The notes: generated by a model from the letters alone, not told the origin. A stretch of 64,000 nt of DNA from an uncultured Eubacteriales bacterium (GCA_900548625.1 URLO01000001.1:117207-181206), one strand, 5' to 3'. Shown: positions 9,269 to 18,608, counted from the first letter of the stretch. Translations and numbers: made by a program.

Positions 9269-10638
9269 TCGTCGGTCACCTCCCCGAAAAGCTCATGTGT
9301 TCCGTCCTGGAGAGCCTTTTCATCGTCGGACATCTCGTAGCCCAGCTTGACGAGCAACGCATAGATGCGGTCCAGCTTCTCGTTTTCCTCATGCTTCATG
9401 GTGTAGCTGTTCCAGTAGCTGCGGAAATAGCCCTCGGACTTTCCGTCACCCAGGCGCGCATAGATCATTCGCAGGAGTGCCTTTTCGGGCGTCTTGCCGA
9501 TCGCGTCGGTCACGGCCTGGAGCGTAAATGCGGCATCGTCCTCGCCGTCCTCGTCATCTTCGGCAAGGGTCTCGGCGCCAGTAGCCTGCGCGATCTCCTC
9601 TTCGGTGAGCCAACCGGTATCGTCCCAGTATTCGGCGTAGGCCCACAGCGCCACGATGTCCGCAAGGCGCTTTTTGATGGCGGCTGTGGAAACGGTAGCC
9701 ACGAAGTCGGCGCGAAGCTCGTAGGCGCGGGCGGTTGCTTCGGACAGCGCCTTTTCTGCGGCGTCCTTTCGCTCCTGCTTCAGCTGCTCCTCGCGCTCTT
9801 TCGCTTCTTCCTCCGGGGTAAGGGCGGTAGGCTCATCCTTGACCATCAGCACAATATAACCCCATGTTTCGACGAAGAAGAAATACTCAATGGTATCGGC
9901 ATCCTCCGGGCGATCCACTTTGACTTCGCCGTTAGTATAGAAGCTATTGACTCTCTTATATCCGGTCTTGTCGGTGATCTGCGTCGCAAAGGTACTCAGC
10001 TGCTCTACCCATAGGGCTTTACGCGCTTCTGCGGCTTCATCATTGATGGCCTGTTTCAGCTTGTACTTGAAGTTCTCGGTGCCGATGTAATCAAGCATTT
10101 CGTTCTTGCGCTCCGGGCTTTTCAGCTTGTCCAGCTCCATGTACTCGAAAAGGCTGACGCCGCGCTCCTCGGACTTCTTGAATTTGTCCTTATCCAGCTC
10201 CAGGAGCTTCACACGGCGCCGGACGGTGGTGGCGGAAAAACCGGACTTTTCCGCGATGTCCTCGACGGTATCGCCCATGTCAAGCATCATCTGGAAGCCC
10301 TGCGCCTGCTCATAGACCGTCAGATCGGACCGCTGCATATTCTCCGTGAGCATCGTACTCAGCTGCTCCCGCTCCGACATCTCGACCACGACGCAGGGAA
10401 GCTCCTCCAGACCGGCCAGCTTTGCGGCCGCAAGACGGCGGTGGCCGATGATAACGCGGTAGCTTTCTCCGTCCCACTTCTTTGTGATTTCCCCGATCAG
10501 CGGAACAACGGTGAGGTTTTGGAGTACGCCGTTGACCTTGATGCTCTCAGCCAGCTCGGTCACATCGCCCAGGTCCTTACGGGGGTTATCGGGATGCCTC
10601 CACAGTTTACTGACCGGAATGTACTTGATTTCTGCCAT
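9265..10638 (-). CDS. ParB/Srx-domain protein with ParB-type HTH (partition/nuclease-like)
   Basis: Start at internal ATG 10638 (MAEIKYIPVSKLWRHPDNPRKDLGD... = ParB box) with AAAGGAG RBS. HTH DIAEKSGFSATTVRRRVKLLEL. Long acidic C-terminal extension. Confidence 0.7.
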   Translation of the reverse strand: MAEIKYIPVSKLWRHPDNPRKDLGDVTELAESIKVNGVLQNLTVVPLIGEITKKWDGESYRVIIGHRRLAAAKLAGLEELPCVVVEMSEREQLSTMLTENMQRSDLTVYEQAQGFQMMLDMGDTVEDIAEKSGFSATTVRRRVKLLELDKDKFKKSEERGVSLFEYMELDKLKSPERKNEMLDYIGTENFKYKLKQAINDEAAEARKALWVEQLSTFATQITDKTGYKRVNSFYTNGEVKVDRPEDADTIEYFFFVETWGYIVLMVKDEPTALTPEEEAKEREEQLKQERKDAAEKALSEATARAYELRADFVATVSTAAIKKRLADIVALWAYAEYWDDTGWLTEEEIAQATGAETLAEDDEDGEDDAAFTLQAVTDAIGKTPEKALLRMIYARLGDGKSEGYFRSYWNSYTMKHEENEKLDRIYALLVKLGYEMSDDEKALQDGTHELFGEVTDE

Positions 10639-10688
10639 AAAACGCTCCTTTCTTATGCCGAGCTTTGCCCCTCGGCTGGGACAGTTTA

Positions 10689-11888
10689 TTATTTTCGGCT
10701 CATGCCGTTCACGCGGCACCAGTGCCGCTGGGCCTGCTTCTTCCTCGCGGTGCGGCAGGCCGCGCAGAAGCGGTTTTCCTTGCGCTCGTAGAAGGTACCG
10801 CCGCACCGTGCGCAATACTGAGGCTGAATACGCCGGAATGCTGTGCAGCTGTCGCAATCCGTACACCCTGCGGAGCATCCGCCAATGTCGTCCCAATTCA
10901 TGCACATAAACCTCTGCCAGTAAGGATCGTAGCCGAGATCGTTCATGCGCTTACGAAGGACCGTTGCCAGCGCGGACAGGTCGCGCCTGACCTGATGGCG
11001 GGTGCGGGAGATATAGAAGCCATGACGGACGTCCATTTCCGGCGCACCGTGCCCCCACGCGCCATCACCGAGCATTTCCCGCACCTTGTCGGCGTTCTCG
11101 GTCAGATAATCGTTGTAGACCTTGGATCGGACGCACTTTTCGGAACGGCCGACCGCCTTGCCTATGGCAGCGTAGCTGTCGCCGTGGCGGATGCCGTCTG
11201 CCAGTATTTCAAAATCCTCGCTGGTCCATGTGCCACGCTTGCCAGTCAGTTCCATCGCAACGGGGCGATCCTTGATGCCGAGGTCGCGGCAGCGGCGCGC
11301 AATCGCACCGTGAGAACGATGCATCATCTCGGAAATTTCCGCCCATGAGTACCTGTGCTTGCTGAGCAGCATCTTCAGCCGAGAGTCCTCGTCCTCGCCC
11401 CATGGGTCTTTCCTCTGAATGGCGTATGCCTCGAAGTCTTTCTTGCGCTGCTCGACTACCCACTCAGGCTCCTCACCAAGCGCCAACGGCTCCATCTTGG
11501 AAAAGTCGATGAAGCTGCGGTATCGCTCGGCCCATTCCCAGAATTCATCAATGTAGACCACCCGAAAGCTGCAGCGGTCAACCTTCTTCGTATGGACGGG
11601 GAGGCCCCTGTTTTCCACCCAGCTTTTCATCTTGTAGCCGTAGGAGCTGCTTCCTCCCGTCACTGCCAGCAGGAGTTGATTTAGAGTGACATACTCACCG
11701 GCCATCAGCACCGCGCCCAGGCCAAGACGCTGCGCTCTGACCTTGACGGCATTTGTTGTACGGTTGAGCTTCTTTGCGATGGCCGGGACAGAAATCTGCC
11801 CCCACTTTTCCATCAAATAATCTTCTTCCTCGGGCTTCCATGTCCGACTCCCGAGCGGCGGCTGCTGCCGCATTCCGTTTCCTCCCAT
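10689..11888 (-). CDS. DNA-binding protein with Myb/SANT-like repeats and C-terminal Cys cluster
   Basis: Three W-x-EE/W-x-x-E SANT-like repeats (WKPEEEDYL, WAEISEMM, WTSEDFEIL). C-terminal CxxC x4. The track start at 11891 is a TTG; the ATG is at 11888. Confidence 0.45.
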   Translation of the reverse strand: MGGNGMRQQPPLGSRTWKPEEEDYLMEKWGQISVPAIAKKLNRTTNAVKVRAQRLGLGAVLMAGEYVTLNQLLLAVTGGSSSYGYKMKSWVENRGLPVHTKKVDRCSFRVVYIDEFWEWAERYRSFIDFSKMEPLALGEEPEWVVEQRKKDFEAYAIQRKDPWGEDEDSRLKMLLSKHRYSWAEISEMMHRSHGAIARRCRDLGIKDRPVAMELTGKRGTWTSEDFEILADGIRHGDSYAAIGKAVGRSEKCVRSKVYNDYLTENADKVREMLGDGAWGHGAPEMDVRHGFYISRTRHQVRRDLSALATVLRKRMNDLGYDPYWQRFMCMNWDDIGGCSAGCTDCDSCTAFRRIQPQYCARCGGTFYERKENRFCAACRTARKKQAQRHWCRVNGMSRK

Positions 11889-12745
11889 CAAAATAGAGTG
11901 AGCTGGCCGGTTTTCGTTTCCGCCAGCGGTTGAGACTGTTCCAGCGGCGAGGCAGGCACCGGCGGATCTGCCGGTACCTGCTCGGCCGCGTTCCGAAACA
12001 GAAGATCCATTTGCGCCCCGATGCGGCGGTAATGCCAGACATCTCGGAAATACATCGGCGTGTACCAGACCTGTGGGCCGTCCTTTGGCAGCAGGCCGTG
12101 AGCATCATAACTGGTAGTCGGCCGCACGATGGAGTCATCAATGACAACATAGCCGGGGCAGCCGAGCAAGCTAAGTTGGATGTAACACATACACCCGGCA
12201 AGAAAGTCTATGTCCTGCGCCACGAACAACACCGAAGTCTGATAGTTGATGTGCTGTCTCCGGCACTCGTTGGCAAATGCGATCAGCAGCGCACCAGCGC
12301 CGCAGGCGGGATCGCTCACGGATATCCAACCCTGCTTTTCTATCCGCGCCGCCATATCGGGGCCATAGGTGATTGCGGACATCGCCCTGCAGATATCGTA
12401 CGGAGTGAAGAATTGTCCTTTCCATTCGTTTCCGAGGCCGAGTGCCATAAAAAGCTCACCGAGGAAGTCCTGCTCGGGATCGCGCTCCAATTCGGCTACG
12501 ACCTCAAGCAACATATCTGCAAAGACTTCCAGCTCCTTAGCGGAATACTTCTCTGCGCGACTGCGGTACATTTCTTCCCTGGCCTTGGCCTGCGGGCCTC
12601 CCATCGTGTTGGCGATTGCGATGGCCGACATGATGATGAAGTCCTGCCAGATGTCCCAGCGGGAATACTTCCCACTCAGCCCTTCTATGAAGCGGACGAT
12701 ATTCTTCTGACTTTCCCCTCTGACGTGCCGCAGGGCGTTTCCCAT
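11888..12745 (-). CDS. N6-adenine DNA methylase-like protein (HsdM-type AdoMet motifs, no NPPY/DPPY motif found)
   Basis: Motif X GQFFTP and motif I DPACGAGALL are present. No (D/N/S)PP(Y/F/W) catalytic motif in the remaining ~150 aa. Only 285 aa. Confidence 0.55.
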   Translation of the reverse strand: MGNALRHVRGESQKNIVRFIEGLSGKYSRWDIWQDFIIMSAIAIANTMGGPQAKAREEMYRSRAEKYSAKELEVFADMLLEVVAELERDPEQDFLGELFMALGLGNEWKGQFFTPYDICRAMSAITYGPDMAARIEKQGWISVSDPACGAGALLIAFANECRRQHINYQTSVLFVAQDIDFLAGCMCYIQLSLLGCPGYVVIDDSIVRPTTSYDAHGLLPKDGPQVWYTPMYFRDVWHYRRIGAQMDLLFRNAAEQVPADPPVPASPLEQSQPLAETKTGQLTLF

Positions 12746-12748
12746 GAC

Positions 12749-12982
12749 TTAGCCCTCCTTGTCCGCTGCTTTCAGTTCTGCGGCTTCGCGCAGCTGCGGA
12801 GCGACTGACTTAACGGCGGCTTGATACCCGGCGTCATACCCGCGTTTCCACACGCGGCTGAGGTAGGCCGCAAGCGTCGCCTTGTCCATGTGCTTGATTG
12901 TCTTGTAATCCTCGCGGCGCATCTGACCGGCAAGCTGCAGGTCGTGCGCGGTATGCTTATTGGCATTTACGGTCGGCATCAA
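12749..12982 (-). CDS. hypothetical phage protein
   Basis: 77-aa ORF in operon context. Confidence 0.3.
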   Translation of the reverse strand: MMPTVNANKHTAHDLQLAGQMRREDYKTIKHMDKATLAAYLSRVWKRGYDAGYQAAVKSVAPQLREAAELKAADKEG

Positions 12983-13662
12983 TCTTCACCGCCTTCCGTG
13001 TCGTCAGGCTCGTCGGTAGGGAGGACCTCGCGGCCATCGGAGCCGTTATACGGACCGACGACACCCAGCTCCTCCAGTGCGTCAATCAGACGCGCAGCCT
13101 TTGCGTAGCCAACGCTCATACGGCGTTGCAACAGCCCCACAGTCGCTTTATTCTCTGCCCGAACAATGGTAATGGCCTGCTGAATGTCGGGGTCGTCCAG
13201 GTCAACCTCGGGGCCATCCTCGCCCTGCATATCCCCCTCGTCCTCCGGCTCCTCGTCGGTATCGCCAGCCTCGTCCTCGTCAATGACCGGCATGAGGCCG
13301 CTGCGCAATGCGTTCTTTTCCAGCACATCGCGGAAGAAATACTGCTGCCAGTAGGTAATCATCTTCACCAGAATGGACTCGATCTTGGTGCGGAGCGTCT
13401 TGCTGATGGTAAAGGTGCCGCCCGTTACCTTCGTGTCCAGACCGCCGTCCTCGAAGATCCAGGACATGGAGGCGTCGGGGCTGCGGTAGCCGACCTCCTC
13501 GACATTCTCCAGCATGGAAATCTGCGCATCCATGCCCTGTACGGGCTTGATGGTAAAGATGATTGGGTATCTGTCTTTTTCAAAGCGATAGACGAGATCG
13601 TGCTCATCGCACAGGCCCTGCATCTTCTTCTTTTGGGCTTCATACATGGAAATTTCGCTCAT
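12979..13662 (-). CDS. protein with C-terminal FtsK-gamma (KOPS-binding winged-helix) domain
   Basis: C-terminus DIQQAITIVRAENKATVGLLQRRMSVGYAKAARLIDALEELGVVGP matches the FtsK gamma domain. ATG at 13662 with AAAGGAG RBS. Confidence 0.5.
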   Translation of the reverse strand: MSEISMYEAQKKKMQGLCDEHDLVYRFEKDRYPIIFTIKPVQGMDAQISMLENVEEVGYRSPDASMSWIFEDGGLDTKVTGGTFTISKTLRTKIESILVKMITYWQQYFFRDVLEKNALRSGLMPVIDEDEAGDTDEEPEDEGDMQGEDGPEVDLDDPDIQQAITIVRAENKATVGLLQRRMSVGYAKAARLIDALEELGVVGPYNGSDGREVLPTDEPDDTEGGED

Positions 13663-13681
13663 GGTGGTAACTCCTTTCAAT

Positions 13682-14194
13682 TCAGTTGAGCAGGAGCAGC
13701 GTGCCATTCCACGCCGTCTGCACTTGATATTTCTCCAAGTCGGCCTCCGTCACATACTTGCGGCCGAAGTGGTCTTTCATGGTCTTCCAGATGTCCCAGG
13801 GGACGCAATAGACCATGCCGGAGCTGAAACCGGCGATGACAAAGCAGCGAGCGCCGAGCGCCTGATGCCTGTCCATATAGTCCTGCTGGCTCTGGAGGAC
13901 GCGGCTCTGCTCCATTCGGTCGGCGGCGGTGAATTTCGCCTCGAACATGACCGTCCTGCCGCCCTTGATGGTGCCTTTATAGTCCGGCTGTGCCTGCTTT
14001 TCGTAGTAGGCGATGAACTTGCCATTGCCGAGATTTTTCGTGGGGTGCATCGGCTCCGGCGTCTTTTCGATGATCGCAAAGCCTTTCTGTGCGTAGTAGG
14101 CAAAGGAATCGTCGATGCGGCTCTCAAACTGCTTACCGCGGGCTTTTGCGATCTTGCCGAGCAGCTGGCGCTTCGGGTCTTTCTTCACAGTCAT
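13682..14194 (-). CDS. putative Holliday-junction resolvase (RecU-like PD-(D/E)xK nuclease)
   Basis: Real start at internal ATG 14194 (MTVKKDPKRQLLGKIAKARGKQFESRIDD...) with GGGAGGG RBS. FEAK ... Q motif consistent with RecU-type resolvases. The upstream 5' extension in the track is non-coding-like. Confidence 0.45.
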   Translation of the reverse strand: MTVKKDPKRQLLGKIAKARGKQFESRIDDSFAYYAQKGFAIIEKTPEPMHPTKNLGNGKFIAYYEKQAQPDYKGTIKGGRTVMFEAKFTAADRMEQSRVLQSQQDYMDRHQALGARCFVIAGFSSGMVYCVPWDIWKTMKDHFGRKYVTEADLEKYQVQTAWNGTLLLLN

Positions 14195-14373
14195 GAGAGA
14201 TACCCTCCCAGCCATAGCCCGCTGGCGAGCATTCCCAGCCCGATGCAACCTTGCCGGAGTATCTGGCTCATGGGGATAAGGTCGCAATCGCTGGCGCCGG
14301 CAGTTCCGAGGACCAGGAGGAAGCCGAGCGCGGCGATGATGCCGCAGGCTTGCCGAAATCTCTTTCGCGTCAT
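14191..14373 (-). CDS. small two-TM membrane protein (holin-like?)
   Basis: 60 aa with two hydrophobic helices; GGAGGT RBS; ATGA overlap with the resolvase start. Confidence 0.35.
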   Translation of the reverse strand: MTRKRFRQACGIIAALGFLLVLGTAGASDCDLIPMSQILRQGCIGLGMLASGLWLGGYLS

Positions 14374-14378
14374 GCTCG

Positions 14379-14996
14379 TTACCTCCAGATGTATTCGCGG
14401 CAGAAGATGTGATCTCCGATCTGCCCCCATACGCGGTCATTCTCTCCATTGCGGGAGAAGAAAACCACGTCGGCGTCAAGGATCGTGTCTCCATACAGAG
14501 CGCCGTTGATGGCGTCATACTGCGCTTGCGCCGGCGTCGCGGTGCTGACCGCGTAGATGGTGGAGAACTGGGGAACATCGCCGTCTTCTCCTTGGTGCAG
14601 CACATCGTGTACTGAGTCCGGGAAAGCGGAGTGCAGCACGCGGTTGAAAACGACTTCGACAACGGCCTGCTGCCCCTCGGCGCTCTGATTGCCGGCTTCG
14701 AGGAATACGACCGCAGCCAGTTCTGCCAGCTCCTCGTCAGTCATTTCGATGTTGACATACCGAGCTGCACGGGCGGGACGATCTTCGGCCCTGGTAACTT
14801 GCTCAGCCTCGGTCATTTCTGCTTCTAAAAGCCGGACAGGTGCTGTCGTTGCTGGGTTTTCTAACTTGCCGGTCATTTGTGCCGACGCTGCGGCTTCCTC
14901 GCTAACACTGATGCGGAGAGCCACGATGCAGGCTAAAACTGCGAGCAGGCAGATAAGCGGCGCCGGCGAAGCCCTCCTTTTTCTTCTTCGTTTCAT
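14379..14996 (-). CDS. SleB/CwlJ-like cell-wall hydrolase with N-terminal signal anchor
   Basis: Arg-rich N-terminus plus hydrophobic helix. C-terminal Hydrolase_2-like motifs (VVFNRV...SAFP...VLHQ...QF). TAGGAGGG RBS. Confidence 0.6.
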   Translation of the reverse strand: MKRRRKRRASPAPLICLLAVLACIVALRISVSEEAAASAQMTGKLENPATTAPVRLLEAEMTEAEQVTRAEDRPARAARYVNIEMTDEELAELAAVVFLEAGNQSAEGQQAVVEVVFNRVLHSAFPDSVHDVLHQGEDGDVPQFSTIYAVSTATPAQAQYDAINGALYGDTILDADVVFFSRNGENDRVWGQIGDHIFCREYIWR

Positions 14997-15547
14997 GTTT
15001 TCCCTCCTATCTGCTTCATGCCCGGCCCGACCGCTTTTCGCGGCCCGCTGTTGAGCGCGCTTGTCTGCCGGATGATCGTTTCATATGCGGACTTGAAACC
15101 GTCGTAGTTGTAATACTCGTATGTCTTTACGGTGCCGTCGCCAAAGGTGCGCTCTCCTGTTGCAATCAACCGAGAGGGGCCACCCATAGCCTCAATGACG
15201 CGCCTGATATCCGTTCCCTCCGACAATCTTGCCACAGCCTCCTCTGGTGTTTTCCCAAAGTCCATATCGAGCTTGAGGTAATTCCACGCCTGGTCAATCC
15301 GCGCCCTCACTTCGGCCTGCACCTTTTCGGCTTTTTCCTTGAATTCTGCGATAGTCGGCGGGAATTTACACTCGCGTACCAACTTTACAACAGCCTGCTG
15401 CCCCGTCCAGAAGTCGATCTCCGGCAAGCAGGTCACCCACAGATTGATGGTAGGGCCGAGCTTTGCGATGCCGCCCTTGAAAACCTCTGCATTCGGATAG
15501 GCAAGGAGCATCACGGCGAATATCTCGCTCATTTCCTTGTGCGTCAT
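14993..15547 (-). CDS. putative helicase loader/replication protein (G39P-like N-terminus)
   Basis: N-terminus MTHKEMSEIFAVMLLAYPNAEVF resembles phage helicase-loader N-domains. Lies in the replication module next to the replisome organizer. Confidence 0.35.
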   Translation of the reverse strand: MTHKEMSEIFAVMLLAYPNAEVFKGGIAKLGPTINLWVTCLPEIDFWTGQQAVVKLVRECKFPPTIAEFKEKAEKVQAEVRARIDQAWNYLKLDMDFGKTPEEAVARLSEGTDIRRVIEAMGGPSRLIATGERTFGDGTVKTYEYYNYDGFKSAYETIIRQTSALNSGPRKAVGPGMKQIGGKT

Positions 15548-16275
15548 AGGCTTTCCTCGCTGGCGTACATCTGGTGGAGCTGCTGCAGGTCGTCCATAGC
15601 ACTCCCGCTGGCGCTTGGTCGGCTGCCGTTGCCGCCACGGATGCCCCAGCGTTCACGGCTACACTTCCGAATGACAAGATTCCAGTCGCGCCACTTGTTC
15701 TTGTTGCCGTGCATTTGAGCGGACTCGTCTATGTAGTCGATGCAGCGCGTCAACTCTTCTTCGCCGAGGTCGTCGATCAGCCGGGCGTATTCCTCTTCAG
15801 TGAGCCGCACCCATCCATGCGCGCCGTGCTTATGGCGGGGGACCTCGTGGTGGCCATCTTCTGCAGCGTTATACTGCGCCGTTACGGTAGAACGCTCGTT
15901 GTAGCGCGCTGCCAGGTACTCGCGGAAACGATCGTTCTTGACCTTGCGAATCTCGCTCAGCAACGGCTTGTTGAGCTTTTCGGACGTCGACCAGTTGTAT
16001 CGACACCAGTTAAGGATCAGCAGCTCCTTGGTCTGCGCGCTGTACCGAATGACATTGTGCGCGCTATCCAGGCGTTTCAGCAGGCGTTCCACGGAATCGT
16101 TGTTGTACCCTGTCTCGTTGGCAATTTGCTTGATGCTGACCTCGTAACAGCCGCAGAGATTGGTGTGCGGATTGGTCATGCAGTAGAGATAGATGTACCG
16201 ATCCTCGGGCGTAAAGTCATCGACGACCTTGCTGTCCGTCCAAAAGTCCATGCTGATATTCCGATAGCTCGCCAT
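15544..16275 (-). CDS. phage replisome organizer / DnaD-like replication initiation protein
   Basis: DFWTDSKVV...PEDRYIYLYCMTN (Phage_rep_org_N-like) followed by a DnaD-like C-domain. ATG at 16275 with GAAGGAGG RBS; the track start 16284 is a GTG. Confidence 0.6.
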   Translation of the reverse strand: MASYRNISMDFWTDSKVVDDFTPEDRYIYLYCMTNPHTNLCGCYEVSIKQIANETGYNNDSVERLLKRLDSAHNVIRYSAQTKELLILNWCRYNWSTSEKLNKPLLSEIRKVKNDRFREYLAARYNERSTVTAQYNAAEDGHHEVPRHKHGAHGWVRLTEEEYARLIDDLGEEELTRCIDYIDESAQMHGNKNKWRDWNLVIRKCSRERWGIRGGNGSRPSASGSAMDDLQQLHQMYASEESL

Positions 16276-16325
16276 AGTGTTCACCTCCTTCGGTGGGCTG
16301 TCGCCCGGTTTCCCGGGCGACCATA

Positions 16326-16832
16326 TCAGAACGGAAGCTCGCCGTCGTCCTCACTGACTTCCGCAAAGTCACCGCCGTAATCCGACGCAGGATAGCCTCC
16401 GGAGGCCGCGCCATAGGAGGAGCCGCCCGGCGCACCGTAGCTCGGTCCCCGCTGGGGGTAGCCTCCCTGCGGAGCATAACTACCTTGCGGATAACCGCCG
16501 CCGTCACCGTCGCGTTTGGAATCCCCAAAGTAAACATTGTCGGCTACAATTTCGGCGGATCGGCGCTTGTTGCCGTTGTTGTCCTGCCAGTCGCGGATCT
16601 GCAGTCGCCCCTCGACGACCGCCATGCGTCCCTTGCTGAAATATTTGCAGACGAATTCAGCGGTAGTTCGCCAGGCAACGATGTCGATGAAATCCGTTTC
16701 CTTTTCCCCGGACTGGCTTTTGAAATCGCGGTCGCAGGCGACGGAGAAGCTGGTCACAGAAAGACCGGACTGCGTACGCCGCAACTCTGGGTCGCGGGTC
16801 AATCGACCCATGACGATGATCTTATTCAGCAT
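16326..16832 (-). CDS. ssb: single-stranded DNA-binding protein
   Basis: OB-fold motifs (IIVMGRLTRDPELR..., TDFIDIVAWR), Gly/Tyr/Pro-rich linker and acidic tail DDGELPF. Confidence 0.9.
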   Translation of the reverse strand: MLNKIIVMGRLTRDPELRRTQSGLSVTSFSVACDRDFKSQSGEKETDFIDIVAWRTTAEFVCKYFSKGRMAVVEGRLQIRDWQDNNGNKRRSAEIVADNVYFGDSKRDGDGGGYPQGSYAPQGGYPQRGPSYGAPGGSSYGAASGGYPASDYGGDFAEVSEDDGELPF

Positions 16833-17091
16833 CGGCCGTAGCCTCCGGCTCGTCAGCGTTTCGCAGCACCAACATCTTCATGCGGTACAGCGCACTGCGC
16901 GCCTGCTGAATGGCGTCGAGAACTCTTTCGACATTGTAGCTGTTCTCACCCTTGATGGTCGCTTCCAGCACATCACGCTCAGTTTCGGCGCGGATCAGCT
17001 CCTCGTAGCGATCCTGCGGAACGAGGACAAAGCCGGGGTCAAGCATCAGGTCAGCGACCAGCTCAGCGGGGGTCTTTTTGGTATCTTCCAT
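16822..17091 (-). CDS. hypothetical phage protein
   Basis: Internal ATG 17091 (MEDTKKTPAELVADL...) with AAAGGAG RBS; the 5' part of the track ORF is Arg/Ala-rich and non-coding-like. Confidence 0.3.
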   Translation of the reverse strand: MEDTKKTPAELVADLMLDPGFVLVPQDRYEELIRAETERDVLEATIKGENSYNVERVLDAIQQARSALYRMKMLVLRNADEPEATADAE

Positions 17092-17473
17092 AACGGTCTC
17101 CTTTCGTTTCTTTCTCAATGATTTCGATGGCCTTGCGGCACTGGCCGACATCAAACATTCCGATGTGGGTCTTCTCCACGGGCAAGCCCATCTTCTGAGC
17201 CAGCCACGCATAGGCCGCGTTGCGGTGGCCGCGAAAGCGGCCGTACTTCCACAGAGGGTCAAATACGGCGTGTGCAGCCTTTTTCCAATTCCGCAGTTCC
17301 GCATTGGCGAGGCGGCCAAGGGGCTTATCCGTCCCCTTATGAACACCGACATACGCCATGCAGTTCCGGCAGAGATAGATTTTGCCGTAGCTCTTGCCGT
17401 AGATGACCTTGCTGTCGACATACTCGGTCTCTCGACCGCAGTAGTCGCAATAGACTTTCCTCACGGATGCCAT
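17063..17473 (-). CDS. zinc-ribbon phage protein (DUF3268-like)
   Basis: Internal ATG 17473 (MASVRKVYCDYCGRETEYVD...CRNCMAY) with AAGGAGG RBS. Confidence 0.4.
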   Translation of the reverse strand: MASVRKVYCDYCGRETEYVDSKVIYGKSYGKIYLCRNCMAYVGVHKGTDKPLGRLANAELRNWKKAAHAVFDPLWKYGRFRGHRNAAYAWLAQKMGLPVEKTHIGMFDVGQCRKAIEIIEKETKGDRYGRYQKDPR

Positions 17474-18000
17474 GCCTCCTTGTATCTGGCGATCTGCTCG
17501 GGGGTGTCGGTTTCGATGCCGACCTCCTGGCACTCGGAAATGATGCCGTCCAGAAAGACGCTCATTTCTTTCGTGGAATATTCGCTGGTGCCTTTGATCG
17601 CCCGGTAATGAATGAACTTCTTCCCCTCGACATAACCGACGCCGGTTTCGGCGTAGTGCCGCGCCACCAGCGCGGGTGGTACGCCCTCTCGCAGGGAGAA
17701 CAGCACCTTGCACTCGTTTCCGGCCTCGTCGGTGTATGTCTCGCCGGTGCCGTAGCGCCGGAGCATTTCCTCGTAAACGGAGTCCTTGTCCGACTTCACA
17801 GCGACGGCCAGTTTCTCAATCAGCGACCATGCGTAGTTGTTCGCGTTGAGACTTCGGGGGACGACGCGTCTTTTGATGGAGAATGTAATCTCCTGATCGC
17901 CGAGCGCGTCCCACAGCTTCTTGCAGCTCTCTCTGGTCGTGATGGTCAGCACGCTTTCTCCGGTGCGGGAGAACGACCAGTCTTTCAGCTTGCCGTTCAT
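17461..18000 (-). CDS. NinB/Orf-family recombination mediator
   Basis: RSLNANNYAWSLI matches the lambda NinB RSLDQNRKLWA motif. ATG 18000 forms an ATGA overlap with the upstream stop. Confidence 0.5.
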   Translation of the reverse strand: MNGKLKDWSFSRTGESVLTITTRESCKKLWDALGDQEITFSIKRRVVPRSLNANNYAWSLIEKLAVAVKSDKDSVYEEMLRRYGTGETYTDEAGNECKVLFSLREGVPPALVARHYAETGVGYVEGKKFIHYRAIKGTSEYSTKEMSVFLDGIISECQEVGIETDTPEQIARYKEAWHP

Positions 18001-18608
18001 AGCGTCGCCCACTTCTCCTGGTATACCTGCATCAGATCGGTCGCGCGCAGCCAGTCGAGGAAATCGGAAATGACAGGAAAAATACTGGGTGCTTCCTCAC
18101 GGCGGTACGTTTCCGGCCATACTGCACTCCCGTTGCTGGCAAGATAGGTGAACTGCCGCGCTTCAGGAATCAGCTCGAAGTAGGTGGGGTGCTGTGTGCT
18201 GGAAAAGAACTTTCCGGTGTCGTAGCTCTTGGTAAATTTGATGTCGATGATCTCCCCGGCTTTCAGGCAGTCCAGACGGCCATACAGAAGCAGGCTCACG
18301 CCGCCGACCTCGATGGTCTTTTTGACCTTGTACTGGAGGACGCCTCCGGCGCAGCGCCGGGCGACCTTTTCTGCGGCGGCATACCACGGATCGTTGGGAT
18401 CGGCGCAACCGTTGATGATGTCCGTCACCATATCCTCGAACTTGATGCCGTTCTGCATGGCCTCCGTGGTCGGCGTCGGATCACGGCGCAGCGTCTGCAT
18501 GAATTCACTCATCGGATCGCGCTCTGTCGTCATGTCCTCGTAGGGGTTTTCCTTCATGGTGTAGAGCCAGGACGCCAACAGGGAATGGGTCATCAGATAG
18601 CGTCCCAT
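17997..18608 (-). CDS. PD-(D/E)xK-family nuclease, hypothetical
   Basis: GRLDCLKAGEIIDIKFTKS fits a D...E-x-K pattern; AAAGGAGG RBS. Confidence 0.35.
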   Translation of the reverse strand: MGRYLMTHSLLASWLYTMKENPYEDMTTERDPMSEFMQTLRRDPTPTTEAMQNGIKFEDMVTDIINGCADPNDPWYAAAEKVARRCAGGVLQYKVKKTIEVGGVSLLLYGRLDCLKAGEIIDIKFTKSYDTGKFFSSTQHPTYFELIPEARQFTYLASNGSAVWPETYRREEAPSIFPVISDFLDWLRATDLMQVYQEKWATL

